This document shows, in pieces, positions 37,787 to 47,681 of a DNA stretch of 64,000 nucleotides (the first letter of the stretch is position 1; each line of letters opens with the position of its first letter). A program made the translations under genes and the position numbers. Under the pieces are notes generated by a model that had not been told where the DNA came from, ran no database searches, and worked only from the letters and a program-made list of their open reading frames with translations. The DNA is from Candidatus Kerfeldbacteria bacterium (GTDB lineage: Bacteria; Patescibacteriota; Patescibacteriia; UBA9570; XYC2-FULL-38-9), in contig JACPGJ010000003.1 of assembly GCA_016182555.1 (NCBI GenBank), forward strand, positions 10,920 through 74,919, read 5' to 3'.

Positions 37787-38863
37787 ATGAAAGCCTTAAT
37801 TGCTGCGGGTGGTCGAGGGACTCGTTTACGCCCCATTACCTATTCCATGAATAAGCACTTGATTCCAGTGGCCAATATTCCACTCATTGTTTGGGCTATT
37901 CAAAAAGTGGTTGAGGCTGGCATTACGGATATTGCGATCAATATTAACGAAGGAGATACGGAATTACCGAAAGCGATTGGTGATGGTTCTACTTGGAATG
38001 TGAAGATTACCTATATTGAACAAGTCGGTGGGGCATTGGGCGTCGCTCATGTGATTAAAAATGCAAAAAATTGGTTGGGGAAAGATTCGTTTGTGTTTTA
38101 TTTAGGCGATAATATTGTGCTCGGTTCTATCAACCCCTTTGTGGCCGCATTTCAAGAGCAGCACGCCAATGCATTTTTAGCACTCACTGTTGTTCCAGAT
38201 CCAGAACGATTTGGTGTTCCGCAAATAAATAGCGCAGGTGAAATTGAGCGTGTGATTGAAAAACCAAGCAATCCACCCAGCCAGTTTGCGGTAACGGGTA
38301 TTTACTGTTTTGATCAGACGGTGCATGACGCTATTGATACACTGCATGCAAGTAACCGTGGAGAGTTAGAAATTTCTGATACGATTACTGCCGTAATTGC
38401 CCAAGGTGGAAAGGTGAAATATCAAATAGTCGAAGGTTGGTGGAAAGATACGGGCAAACCTTATGATCTATTGGAAGGGAATAGGTTGTTGTTGGAAAGC
38501 ATGAGCGATGACCGCGCGCAGGCAAAAATGATTGAAGATGGAGTGGATATTCAAGGAAAAGTACAGTTAGGGAATGGTGCGCAATTGCTGGGAAAAACCA
38601 TTATTCGTGGTCCAGTCAGCATTGGAAAAAATGCTATTATTGCCGATAGCTATATTGGGCCATATACTTCCATTGGCCATGGTACAGAAATTGATGGTGG
38701 AGAAATTGAAAATTCTATTATCATGGATGATACGGATATTCAATGTTCCACTCGTATTGTTGATAGTATTATTGGTCATAACGTGACTATTCAAAATGCG
38801 CACATGACTAAACCATCCGGTCATAAATTAATGATTGGAGAAAATTCATCTATTGAATTATGA
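37787..38863 (+). CDS. rmlA: Glucose-1-phosphate thymidylyltransferase, long form (N-terminal nucleotidyltransferase plus C-terminal left-handed beta-helix)
   Basis: MKALIAAGGRGTRLRPITYSMNKHLIPV (G-x-G-T-R-L signature). C-terminal hexapeptide repeats. First gene of rmlA-C-B-D. Confidence 0.8.
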   Translation: MKALIAAGGRGTRLRPITYSMNKHLIPVANIPLIVWAIQKVVEAGITDIAININEGDTELPKAIGDGSTWNVKITYIEQVGGALGVAHVIKNAKNWLGKDSFVFYLGDNIVLGSINPFVAAFQEQHANAFLALTVVPDPERFGVPQINSAGEIERVIEKPSNPPSQFAVTGIYCFDQTVHDAIDTLHASNRGELEISDTITAVIAQGGKVKYQIVEGWWKDTGKPYDLLEGNRLLLESMSDDRAQAKMIEDGVDIQGKVQLGNGAQLLGKTIIRGPVSIGKNAIIADSYIGPYTSIGHGTEIDGGEIENSIIMDDTDIQCSTRIVDSIIGHNVTIQNAHMTKPSGHKLMIGENSSIEL

Positions 38864-39423
38864 GTACACAGCAACCACTGCGGGCGGAAGATATTGCACC
38901 AGAATTCCGTCAACAAATTTTCAAACAAGATTATAGTAAAAAACCAACCATTGATGGCGTCCGCATTGTGGATTTGCCAAGTTTTTCTGATGATGGTGGA
39001 TATTTTTTAGAGCTTACTCGTTTTGTTACTGGGCATCCAACGGCATTTCCAGATTTTGAACTCAAACAAATGAATTATTCTGAAATGGATCCTGGTGTGG
39101 TGAAAGCAGCGCATTTGCATTTTCAGCAAGAAGATATTTGGTTTGTTCCACCCACTCAAAAATTACTCATTGGGTTAATGGATTGTCGTGATACATCACC
39201 AACAAAAGGAATGAAGATGCGATTTGTCATGGGAGCAAAAAAAGCAAAATTGCTCTACATTCCTCGCGGTGTTGCGCATGGCGCAGCAAATTTGTGGCAA
39301 CGACCTGCAGCAATTATCTATTTCGTTAATAATGTATTTGATGCTGATCCAGAAAAAACAGATGAACATCGTTTACCGTGGGATGTGTTTGGTGCGGATT
39401 TTTGGGAAATTCAAAAAGGATAA
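38860..39423 (+). CDS. rmlC: dTDP-4-dehydrorhamnose 3,5-epimerase
   Basis: Cupin with DDGGYFLEL, AHLHFQQEDIWFVPPTQKL and PRGVAHG blocks. 187 aa. Confidence 0.85.
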   Translation: MSTQQPLRAEDIAPEFRQQIFKQDYSKKPTIDGVRIVDLPSFSDDGGYFLELTRFVTGHPTAFPDFELKQMNYSEMDPGVVKAAHLHFQQEDIWFVPPTQKLLIGLMDCRDTSPTKGMKMRFVMGAKKAKLLYIPRGVAHGAANLWQRPAAIIYFVNNVFDADPEKTDEHRLPWDVFGADFWEIQKG

Positions 39424-39435
39424 TATCATAGAGCG

Positions 39436-40413
39436 ATGAAATTACTTATTACTGGAGGTGCAGGATTTATTGGGTCAAATTTTATTCACTATTGGTTGGC
39501 CAATCATACACAAGATGAAGTGGTGAATTTTGATGCACTCACCTACGCGGGTCATTTGGAAAATGTGAAAGATATTGAACATCATCCTCGGTATTCTTTT
39601 ATTCATGGCGATATTACCAATCCCGCACAGGTGGATAACGCTATGCAGGGTATAGATGTGGTTGTGCATTTTGCTGCCGAATCACATGTGGATCGTTCTA
39701 TTTTAGCACCTGCAGCGTTTGTCAAAACGAATGTTGTTGGAACGCAAGTGTTACTGGACTCTGCGTTGAAACACCAGGTGAAGCGATTCCATCATATATC
39801 AACAGATGAAGTTTTTGGTACGCTTGATCTTGCGACAAACGAAAAATTTACCATCAATTCTCCGTACGCACCACGCAGCCCGTATGCAGCAAGTAAAGCC
39901 GCTTCAGATCATTTGGTGCGTGCATATTACACGACATATGGACTACCGATTACCATTACGAATTGTTCTAATAATTTCGGGCCATACCATTTTCCTGAAA
40001 AACTCATTCCACTGGCGATTACGAATATCTTAGAGGGGAAAAAAATTCCAATCTATGGTGATGGATTACAAGTGCGTGATTGGTTGTATGTAGAAGATCA
40101 CTGTCGAGCGATTGATCTTGTATTACAACAGGGCAAAATAGGGGAAACATATTTGGTTGGTGGCATGCATGATTTGCTTCCCAATATTGAAATTGCCAAA
40201 CATATTTTAGCGTTATTGGGTGCAGATGAAAGTCAAATTGAATTTGTAAAAGACCGCCCAGGGCATGATCAAAAATATGATATCGATTGGTCAAAAATTC
40301 ATCATGAATTGGGGTGGCAACCACAATATACGTTTGATGAATGGTTGTTTAAAACTGTTGAATGGTACAAAACGCATGAAACATGGTGGAAGCCCTTAAA
40401 GCACACTGTATGA
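39436..40413 (+). CDS. rmlB: dTDP-glucose 4,6-dehydratase
   Basis: [20 protein letters not shown], catalytic YAASKAASD, and ISTDEVFG. 325 aa. Confidence 0.9.
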   Translation: MKLLITGGAGFIGSNFIHYWLANHTQDEVVNFDALTYAGHLENVKDIEHHPRYSFIHGDITNPAQVDNAMQGIDVVVHFAAESHVDRSILAPAAFVKTNVVGTQVLLDSALKHQVKRFHHISTDEVFGTLDLATNEKFTINSPYAPRSPYAASKAASDHLVRAYYTTYGLPITITNCSNNFGPYHFPEKLIPLAITNILEGKKIPIYGDGLQVRDWLYVEDHCRAIDLVLQQGKIGETYLVGGMHDLLPNIEIAKHILALLGADESQIEFVKDRPGHDQKYDIDWSKIHHELGWQPQYTFDEWLFKTVEWYKTHETWWKPLKHTV

Positions 40414-41255
40414 TTCAATCTCCCATTATTATTCTTGGCGGCAAAGGAATGCTTGGGCAGTATCTGGTTGATCTATTTTCAGATAGGCACACGCTTGTTT
40501 GGGATAAGGAAGAATTAGATATTACCGACCTGTCTGCGGTGAAAGAACAATTGGCATCTGTTGCGCCAAAGATAGTAATCAATGCGGCGGCATATAATGC
40601 GGTTGATCAAGCGGAAACTGATGAAGGTTTTGCTATTGCCGAGCAGGTGAATGCGCAGGGGCCAAAAAATCTTGCAGAAGTGTGTGCACAGCTGGGCGCC
40701 GTGTTTGTGCACTACAGCACCGATTATGTATTTGATGGAACAAAAAAAGAAGGATATACAGAAACAGACGCACCGAATCCGAAGAGTCGATATGCGTTGT
40801 CCAAATTTCATGGAGAACAAGCTGTTGTAGCGGCTGGCGGCTATGTTATACGCACCTGTAAATTATTTGGTCATCCAGGGAGTAGTGATGGGTCAAAAAA
40901 AAGTTTTGTCGACCTGATGCTTACTCTTGCGGAAACAAAAACCGAATTGAATGTGGTGAATGAAGAATATGCATCACCAACATACGTTCGCGATCTTGCT
41001 CAGCAAACCCGCCTAATATTGGAGCAAGAATATGCGCCAGGGATATATCATGTCACCAATACTGGCGCCTGTACCTGGTACGAATTTGCCCAGGAAATTT
41101 TCCACCAAAAAGGAATCACTATTACGCTCAACCCGGTTCCTGCTTCTCGCTTTCCGCGCCCGGCTCTGCGTCCAGCATATTCGGTTCTGCTCAACACAAA
41201 ATTACCGCCAATGCGGTCATGGCAAGAGGCATTAGCAGATTATTTGCAACAATAA
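40383..41255 (+). CDS. rmlD: dTDP-4-dehydrorhamnose reductase
   Basis: IIILGGKGMLGQYLVDLF, STDYVFDG and YALSKFHGE, typical of RmlD. Overlaps rmlB by 31 nt. Confidence 0.85.
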   Translation: MVEALKAHCMIQSPIIILGGKGMLGQYLVDLFSDRHTLVWDKEELDITDLSAVKEQLASVAPKIVINAAAYNAVDQAETDEGFAIAEQVNAQGPKNLAEVCAQLGAVFVHYSTDYVFDGTKKEGYTETDAPNPKSRYALSKFHGEQAVVAAGGYVIRTCKLFGHPGSSDGSKKSFVDLMLTLAETKTELNVVNEEYASPTYVRDLAQQTRLILEQEYAPGIYHVTNTGACTWYEFAQEIFHQKGITITLNPVPASRFPRPALRPAYSVLLNTKLPPMRSWQEALADYLQQ

Positions 41256-41280
41256 TAATCAATACAGTTCGTGGCTTGTG

Positions 41281-42210
41281 TTAATCGTTATATAAACTTA
41301 TGCTTTTTGTTTTGTCGTTGCTGGTGAATAATAATTGTGCACCAGTTTTTGTGACACGCAAATTGCTGGCCGACGAAGCATCTGCCAATTTCCATGTTTG
41401 GCGGTGGTCCTTGTTGTCTATTTCTATTGCGTATATTCCATCTTGAGCACTAAAGAAGACATATTGCCCAGCGGGGTGAATGACCGCATCGAGCATGGGT
41501 TCTCCATGGCGTGTGAGTAGTGTATGTGTGTCATCGTGCGAATTGTATAGCCAAAGATCACTTTGGCTGGTATACACCAACAGGTGTTCATTCCAATCCG
41601 TATGCTCCATTTCCCGTTCCACCGCATCGGTGTCAATAAATGTTTTTAAAGACGGGACAATATAAGAAACGTGTGTTTGTGGGTCGACCAATATATCACG
41701 TGGACCTTCTACGGATTTTAAGGCTTCCGGATGCGCAAAACCTTCTTTTGCATAACTGGCGAGCAAATCTTGCGGTAGGGAAGAGAGCTCTTCCCGTGAA
41801 ACCGTTTCAGGCATTGCTTGTGCATCAATTGGTGTTGTTGTGGTGTGGTCTAAAAATAACATCACATCATTAAACAGCATCGATTTCCCTTGTTCAATAG
41901 TAAGATGTTTTTTCCAAGGTTGGTAACCGCTTTTGCGGATAGTAATAGTGTACGTACCAGGTAAAATATCCGTGTAAATATATGGCGTGAGCGGTTCTTG
42001 TTTTTTCCCATTGAAGAATACGGTTGCTTCTGCGGGAGTCGTTTTAATACTCAGGAGTGATGTCGCAATAATGGTACCCGTTTGCCGGTCAAATTTATAC
42101 CCAGCCGCATAGCTCAGAATAAGAACCGTTAAGGGGCCGGCCACAAGAATAAATATCCAAAAAATAATGGATCTTTTTCGTCGCGGCTTCAATTGACGCA
42201 GAGGTGTCAT
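41281..42210 (-). CDS. Membrane-anchored PEGA-domain protein with a C-terminal beta-rich domain
   Basis: N-terminal TM helix (IIFWIFILVAGPLTVLILSYAAGY). PEGA-like segment ATVFFNGKKQEPLTPYIYTDILPGTYTITIRKSGYQPW. 309 aa. Confidence 0.5.
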   Translation of the reverse strand: MTPLRQLKPRRKRSIIFWIFILVAGPLTVLILSYAAGYKFDRQTGTIIATSLLSIKTTPAEATVFFNGKKQEPLTPYIYTDILPGTYTITIRKSGYQPWKKHLTIEQGKSMLFNDVMLFLDHTTTTPIDAQAMPETVSREELSSLPQDLLASYAKEGFAHPEALKSVEGPRDILVDPQTHVSYIVPSLKTFIDTDAVEREMEHTDWNEHLLVYTSQSDLWLYNSHDDTHTLLTRHGEPMLDAVIHPAGQYVFFSAQDGIYAIEIDNKDHRQTWKLADASSASNLRVTKTGAQLLFTSNDKTKSISLYND

Positions 42211-42229
42211 TAGCGTATACTAGCCTAAT

Positions 42230-43495
42230 ATGGAAAAGTTTATTATCGAAGGTGGACATGCGTTATCTGGCCACATTGCCGTAAACGGTGCAAAGAATCA
42301 TGTCTTAAAAATGATTCCGGCATGTTTTCTTGCAAGCGAGCCAACAACCATCACCAATGTGCCAGCATTAGAAGATGTGGCACGAATGCTTGATATTGTA
42401 GAAAATATTGGCGGTACCGTCAACCGTATCAGTACACGCGAGATACAAATTATTCCACCGCAGAAATTTTCCGGTCAAATGCCTCGGGAACTCGTGAAAA
42501 AAATGCGTGCTTCTATTGTATTTGCCGGTCCATTGCTCGCTCGCTATGGCCAAGTGAGCATTGCGCATCCGGGAGGTGATAATATTGGTAAACGACCAAT
42601 CGATTTTTTTATAGAAGGGTTTGCTCTGTTTGGTGCCACCGTAGAAAAAGAAGGGGATACCTATCATTTTTCTGCACCAAATGGTTTAGTGGGTGCAACT
42701 TGCTTGTTCCCAACCATGAGTGTCATGGGAACAGAAACATTAATGATGACTGCAGTATTGGCGAAGGGGCGCACGGTATTAAAAAATGCTGCGTGTGAAC
42801 CGGAGATTGTTGCATTAGCAGAATATCTCAACTCTGTTGGTGCACAGATTACTGGTGCCGGCACGCACACAATAAACATCCAAGGAGTGGCTGAGTTGCG
42901 TGGTGGGACAGCGCATATTATCCCTGACCGCATTGAAGCTGGTTCATTCATTATTCTTGCCGCAGCAACAAATAGCGATGTCACGATTGATGGTTGTCAC
43001 CCCGAGCATCTTGAAATTCCATTACATATTCTTGCAGATATGGGCGTGCCATTAACTATTCATTCAAACGCTGTGGAAGTTCATCAGCGAAAACAGAAAC
43101 TGAAACCGTTTCATTTAATTACGCATGAATATCCTGGCTTTGCTACCGATTTACAGCCACCCATGACCGTACTGCTGACCCAAGCGGAAGGGGAAAGTAG
43201 TGTGCGTGAAACTATTTATGAAGGTCGTTTATTTTATACAGAAGTGTTGAACACCATGGGAGCGCAGATTTCATTGCTGGATCTTTATCGTGTAACGGTG
43301 AATGGGCCGACACCATTTATTGGTAAAGAAGTCACGAGCCCCGATATTCGCGCAGGCATTGCCATGGTGATTGCTGGACTCCTTGCCAAAGGAGAGACAA
43401 CAGTGAATAATATTTATCATATAGACAGAGGTTATGAACGAATTGAAGAACGATTACAACACATCGGTGCCCATATCCAACGAATTACCGAATAA
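42230..43495 (+). CDS. murA: UDP-N-acetylglucosamine 1-carboxyvinyltransferase
   Basis: MEKFIIEGGHALSGHIAVNGAKN at the N-terminus; the active-site loop region is conserved. 421 aa. Confidence 0.9.
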   Translation: MEKFIIEGGHALSGHIAVNGAKNHVLKMIPACFLASEPTTITNVPALEDVARMLDIVENIGGTVNRISTREIQIIPPQKFSGQMPRELVKKMRASIVFAGPLLARYGQVSIAHPGGDNIGKRPIDFFIEGFALFGATVEKEGDTYHFSAPNGLVGATCLFPTMSVMGTETLMMTAVLAKGRTVLKNAACEPEIVALAEYLNSVGAQITGAGTHTINIQGVAELRGGTAHIIPDRIEAGSFIILAAATNSDVTIDGCHPEHLEIPLHILADMGVPLTIHSNAVEVHQRKQKLKPFHLITHEYPGFATDLQPPMTVLLTQAEGESSVRETIYEGRLFYTEVLNTMGAQISLLDLYRVTVNGPTPFIGKEVTSPDIRAGIAMVIAGLLAKGETTVNNIYHIDRGYERIEERLQHIGAHIQRITE

Positions 43496-44807
43496 TCCCA
43501 GCGTCACACGTTCATCTCGTCGTTTGTTTTTGTGTACCGCGACAGTTATTATATTTTTATTTGGCATCAGCGTTGGGTTTGTACTTAATAATTCCCCGAA
43601 GTTTGCAACTAATCATTATATTCGAACAATTCAAGCTTCTTTTCATGCACCAGTAACGAATTCATCTTTTGAACATCAAGCAAATTTAGATCTCTTTTGG
43701 AAAGTGTGGGATGAAATTCATACCCAATATGTGGATCAACCAGTCGATGATTCGACATTGATCTATAGTGCCATTTCCGGTATGGTCGCGGGAGTTGGTG
43801 ATCAATATTCGGTTTTTTTCAATCCGGAACAATCGAAAGCGTTTTTAAGTGAGGTATACGGTAGCTTTGAAGGTATTGGCGCAGAGATTGGTATAAAAGA
43901 TGATCATCTCACTATTATTGCACCGCTTCCGGGTTCTCCCGCTTCACAGGCTGGGTTGCTTGCTGGAGATACTGTACTGGCTATTAATGGCACCAATGCG
44001 TCGAGTTTTTCATTGAACGATGCTGTAGAAACTATTCGAGGTGAAAAAGGAACCACGGTGACGCTCACCATTCAACGTGTTGATACGCCTGAACCGTTTG
44101 ATGTTATCGTGACACGTGATACGATTCATGTTGAAAGCGTGAAATGGGAAATGGTGAATGAAGGTGATCATCGTATTGCGCATATCACCATTACGAATTT
44201 TGCGGAAGATACGGCAACAAAATTTCAAGAAGCGATTAATAATATGTTGATTCAACAACCGGATGCGTTGATCTTGGATTTACGAAATAATCCGGGTGGA
44301 TTTTTAGACGGTGCAGTGAATATTGCCTCCAAATTTATTCCAGAAGGACAAGCGGTGGTGTATGAACAGTTTGGGAATGGTGCTACACAAGCCTATAAGG
44401 CAAGTGGATTATCTCCGTTACAGAATCTGCCGACGATTATTCTCCAAAATGAAGGATCAGCATCAGCATCAGAAATTCTTGCCGGCGCCTTAGAAGACTA
44501 TGGCAAGGCAAAAATTATTGGGGTGACATCGTTTGGTAAAGGTACGGTGCAAGATTTAGAAACATTCGATGATGATTCATCATTAAAGTTGACAATCGCT
44601 CGTTGGTTGACTCCAACGCAGCATTTGATCAATAACATTGGTATTTACCCAGATTATTGGGTAGAACGGACTGCCGATGATGTCGCAGCTGAGCGAGACC
44701 CGCAGTTAGATGCTGCTCTGCTCTATATTAAAGATCAAGCCGCGTTTACTGCACAATATCAGCCTTATGTGCCACCAGCGCAAGAAGAATTAACGAAGCA
44801 GAAATAA
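43434..44807 (+). CDS. ctpA: Carboxyl-terminal processing protease (S41 family, PDZ-containing)
   Basis: PDZ region (GDTVLAINGTNAS). S41 catalytic block LDLRNNPGGFLDGAVNIASKF. The TM start is uncertain; the ATG at 43434 overlaps murA by 62 nt, and an in-frame TTG downstream is an alternative. Confidence 0.8.
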   Translation: MNELKNDYNTSVPISNELPNNPSVTRSSRRLFLCTATVIIFLFGISVGFVLNNSPKFATNHYIRTIQASFHAPVTNSSFEHQANLDLFWKVWDEIHTQYVDQPVDDSTLIYSAISGMVAGVGDQYSVFFNPEQSKAFLSEVYGSFEGIGAEIGIKDDHLTIIAPLPGSPASQAGLLAGDTVLAINGTNASSFSLNDAVETIRGEKGTTVTLTIQRVDTPEPFDVIVTRDTIHVESVKWEMVNEGDHRIAHITITNFAEDTATKFQEAINNMLIQQPDALILDLRNNPGGFLDGAVNIASKFIPEGQAVVYEQFGNGATQAYKASGLSPLQNLPTIILQNEGSASASEILAGALEDYGKAKIIGVTSFGKGTVQDLETFDDDSSLKLTIARWLTPTQHLINNIGIYPDYWVERTADDVAAERDPQLDAALLYIKDQAAFTAQYQPYVPPAQEELTKQK

Positions 44808-44825
44808 TTTTTATTACACATTTTT

Positions 44826-45245
44826 ATGAAAGTGATTATCAAAAAAACAGGCGAAGTAAAGAATGTTTCTGATGGATATGCGCGTAATTTTCTTTTTCCC
44901 CATGGTTTAGCTGTTGCCGCAACAGCTAAAGAGATCGCCAACGCTCAGAAACAGCAGCAACAGAAAAAAATGTCTTTGCAACAGCAGCAAGTGATTTGGC
45001 AAGAATTAGCGAAAACATTACCGGCCACAACGATCACTATTCATGCCCGTGCCAACACGGACGGAACGCTCTTTGGCAGTTTACAAAAATCTGTTATACT
45101 CAAAGCCATAGTGGCAGCCGGTATTTCCATGGAAGAATCATGGTTACTTTTGCCTGAACCCATCAAAAAAACTGGGAAGCAAACTATCGCCGTTCACTTC
45201 CCGAACGGAGCAGAGGCCTCATTTATTCTTGACGTCATATCATAA
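44826..45245 (+). CDS. rplI: 50S ribosomal protein L9
   Basis: [43 protein letters not shown] matches the L9 N-domain. 139 aa. Confidence 0.75.
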   Translation: MKVIIKKTGEVKNVSDGYARNFLFPHGLAVAATAKEIANAQKQQQQKKMSLQQQQVIWQELAKTLPATTITIHARANTDGTLFGSLQKSVILKAIVAAGISMEESWLLLPEPIKKTGKQTIAVHFPNGAEASFILDVIS

Positions 45246-45255
45246 CCTTTTCATT

Positions 45256-46905
45256 ATGAAACATCCAAAGTATATTTTTGTTGTTGGTGGAGTCATGTCT
45301 TCTGTCGGCAAAGGCGTGGTAACTTCTTCGCTGGGAATGATTTTGCAATCACGAGGCTTTCATGTGACGGCAATGAAATTTGATCCGTACATCAATGTGG
45401 ATGCCGGAACCATGAATCCGACGGAACATGGAGAAGTGTTTGTGACTGAAGATGGAGATGAAACAGACCAAGACATTGGCAATTATGAACGTTTTTTGGA
45501 TGAAGATATTTATTCAGTCAATTACATGACCAACGGTCGTATTTGGTTGGAAGTGATTAATAAAGAGCGAAATTTAGAGTATAAAGGAAAGTGTGTTGAA
45601 GTCGGGTATCATATTCCGCAGGAAATTATCCGTCGTATCAAGTTGGCGCAACAAAAAAGTAGATCAGATATTATGGTGATTGAGGTAGGGGGAACCATTG
45701 GGGAATATCAAAATATTCTTTTTTTAGAAGCAGCACGAATGATGAAGTTAGAGAATCCGGGCGATGTCTTATTTGTATTAGTGAGTTACCTGCCTATTCC
45801 GTCAAAAGTGGGTGAAATGAAAACGAAGCCGACGCAACATGCGGTTCGCCAGATGAATGAAGTTGGTTTACAGCCAAATGTTATTATTGGCCGTGCAGAA
45901 AAACCACTGGATACGGTTCGCAAAAAGAAATTGGCACAATTTTGTAATATTGACGATGCGCATATTATTTCTGCACCGGATGTTGAACATATTTATGCTG
46001 TGCCGCTCATGTTTGAGCAACAGGAGTTGAGTACAAAAATATTGAAAGAATTGCATTTGCGCCCACGCACGGCTTCTGCGCAGAGTCCGCGTATGATTCA
46101 GTGGAAAAAACTTGTAAAAAATATTCAACAATCAACAGAGCCGGTACGCATTGCGGTGGTCGGCAAGTATTTTCATACGGGTGAATATGTCTTAGCGGAT
46201 TCCTATATTTCTGTGATTGAAGCATTGAAACATGCCGCTTGGCAGTGTAAACGGAAAGCAGAGTTAGTGTGGTTAGACCCGGAAGAATATGAACAAGATC
46301 CGAAACGGGTGAAGGAATTAGCCGATTTTGATGGCGTCCTTATTCCCGGCGGATTTGGTTCGCGCGGGGTAGAAGGGAAAATTCAAGCCATTCAATATGT
46401 TCGGGAACACCACATTCCGTATTTTGGTTTATGTTATGGCATGCAGTTGGCGGCAATAGAAGTAGCGCGGCATGTGGTTGGGTTGCGTGGTGCCCATACG
46501 GTAGAAATTGATGAAGCACCAGAGCATCCAATTATTGTTGTGAACCCGCACCAACAGAAAAATATTTTGCAAAAGCACTATGGCGGCACCATGCGTTTAG
46601 GAAGCTACGATTGTGAAGTGATGAGTGGCACCAAAGCCGCCGTTGCTTATAAACAACCGATGGTGAAGGAACGCCATCGTCACCGTTATGAGTTTAATAA
46701 TGACTATGTTCAACGTTTGCATGATGCTGGCTTGATCGTTTCCGGCCGTAATCCACAGCAAGATTTGGTGGAAATTATGGAATTAAAAGGACACCCATGG
46801 TTCTTGGGTACACAATTCCATCCAGAATTTCTCTCTCGTCCTCTTCATCCACACCCCTTATTCCTCGGTTTTATTAAAGCTGCTATTGCCCGTAATAAAA
46901 AATAG
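45256..46905 (+). CDS. pyrG: CTP synthase
   Basis: MKHPKYIFVVGGVMSSVGKGVVTSSLG at the N-terminus. C-terminal glutamine amidotransferase with GLCYGMQ. The start is at the MKHPKY ATG (track start 45229 rejected). Confidence 0.9.
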   Translation: MKHPKYIFVVGGVMSSVGKGVVTSSLGMILQSRGFHVTAMKFDPYINVDAGTMNPTEHGEVFVTEDGDETDQDIGNYERFLDEDIYSVNYMTNGRIWLEVINKERNLEYKGKCVEVGYHIPQEIIRRIKLAQQKSRSDIMVIEVGGTIGEYQNILFLEAARMMKLENPGDVLFVLVSYLPIPSKVGEMKTKPTQHAVRQMNEVGLQPNVIIGRAEKPLDTVRKKKLAQFCNIDDAHIISAPDVEHIYAVPLMFEQQELSTKILKELHLRPRTASAQSPRMIQWKKLVKNIQQSTEPVRIAVVGKYFHTGEYVLADSYISVIEALKHAAWQCKRKAELVWLDPEEYEQDPKRVKELADFDGVLIPGGFGSRGVEGKIQAIQYVREHHIPYFGLCYGMQLAAIEVARHVVGLRGAHTVEIDEAPEHPIIVVNPHQQKNILQKHYGGTMRLGSYDCEVMSGTKAAVAYKQPMVKERHRHRYEFNNDYVQRLHDAGLIVSGRNPQQDLVEIMELKGHPWFLGTQFHPEFLSRPLHPHPLFLGFIKAAIARNKK

Positions 46906-47186
46906 AATTGCCTTGCCAGACTGCCTAACAATGACCGTCGATCGCGACTCCTGCGGTCGCTCTCTCCTCATTCCTCGGCTCGCTCCTCGAATCGCAAGCG
47001 ATTCTCGACCAAGCTCGCTGCCAGCTCCGTCACTGTACGGCAGCTGGCAATGGCAAAGAAAATTCAAAAAAGGCCGTAGAGGCAATTCCACAGCGACCAT
47101 CTTTTTGCGTAGCAAAATGAGGTCGCGAGGAATTGGCTCAAAAGGCCTTCGAGGAATTGTCGCTTAAGGGTTTTTTGTAATCAGAA
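46906..47186. repeat. Composite GC-rich intergenic repeat cluster: extended-hairpin element copy B (core 47072–47147), inverted degenerate copies and a 12-bp-stem hairpin (47019–47049)
   Basis: Core ggccgtagaggcaattccacagcgacc-atctttttgcgtagcaaaatga-ggtcgcgaggaattggctcaaaaggcc is homologous to 12312–12388. The upstream segment ...ctcctcattcctcggctcgctcctcgaatcgc is an inverted degenerate copy. The hairpin is tgccagctccgt-cactgt-acggcagctggca. The cluster lies between the convergent 3' ends of pyrG and rpmA. Confidence 0.6.
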
Positions 47187-47468
47187 TTATTTTCCGGAGA
47201 CGACAGAGACAATTTTTGCTTTTTCGAGTTTGCCGGTAAAGCGTTTTATTTTGCGTTCAGTGAATTGTACAACGCCATCGACTAATGCAAAAATAGTGTT
47301 ATCTTTGCCCATTTTTGTTCCATCACCTGGGCGGAATTTTGTACCACGTTGACGAATAAGAATGTTTCCGACAGTGACCTTCTCTCCGCCAAATTTTTTT
47401 ACGCCCAGTCGTTTCGATTGTGAGTCTCGTCCATACGCGGTGGACCCACCAGCTTTGGTATGTGCCAT
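47187..47468 (-). CDS. rpmA: 50S ribosomal protein L27
   Basis: [31 protein letters not shown]...[10 protein letters not shown]. 93 aa. Confidence 0.9.
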   Translation of the reverse strand: MAHTKAGGSTAYGRDSQSKRLGVKKFGGEKVTVGNILIRQRGTKFRPGDGTKMGKDNTIFALVDGVVQFTERKIKRFTGKLEKAKIVSVVSGK

Positions 47469-47681
47469 ACAATAATAGTAATAGTATAAGAAATGATAAA
47501 AATCTTCTAGACTTTTTCGTAGAAATAGTATATATTCTCCTTAAATTATTGTCAATACTTACATTAGCAAGTAATGATATGACCAGAAACATGTTGTACA
47601 TTTTTCTGTAGATGAGGTATCTTATATCATAAGAACGTTCGGGAGGAGTTTTTGCTGTTCCTGAACACGGTAATTATTAAC

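Noticed and set aside
47469-47651. Looked for rplU (L21), usually upstream of rpmA, and for a strong promoter in the AT-rich 183-nt spacer.
   Set aside because: No L21-like ORF is present. The -35/-10 candidates (TTGTCA…TAATGA) have poor -10 elements and ambiguous strand, so no promoter was called.
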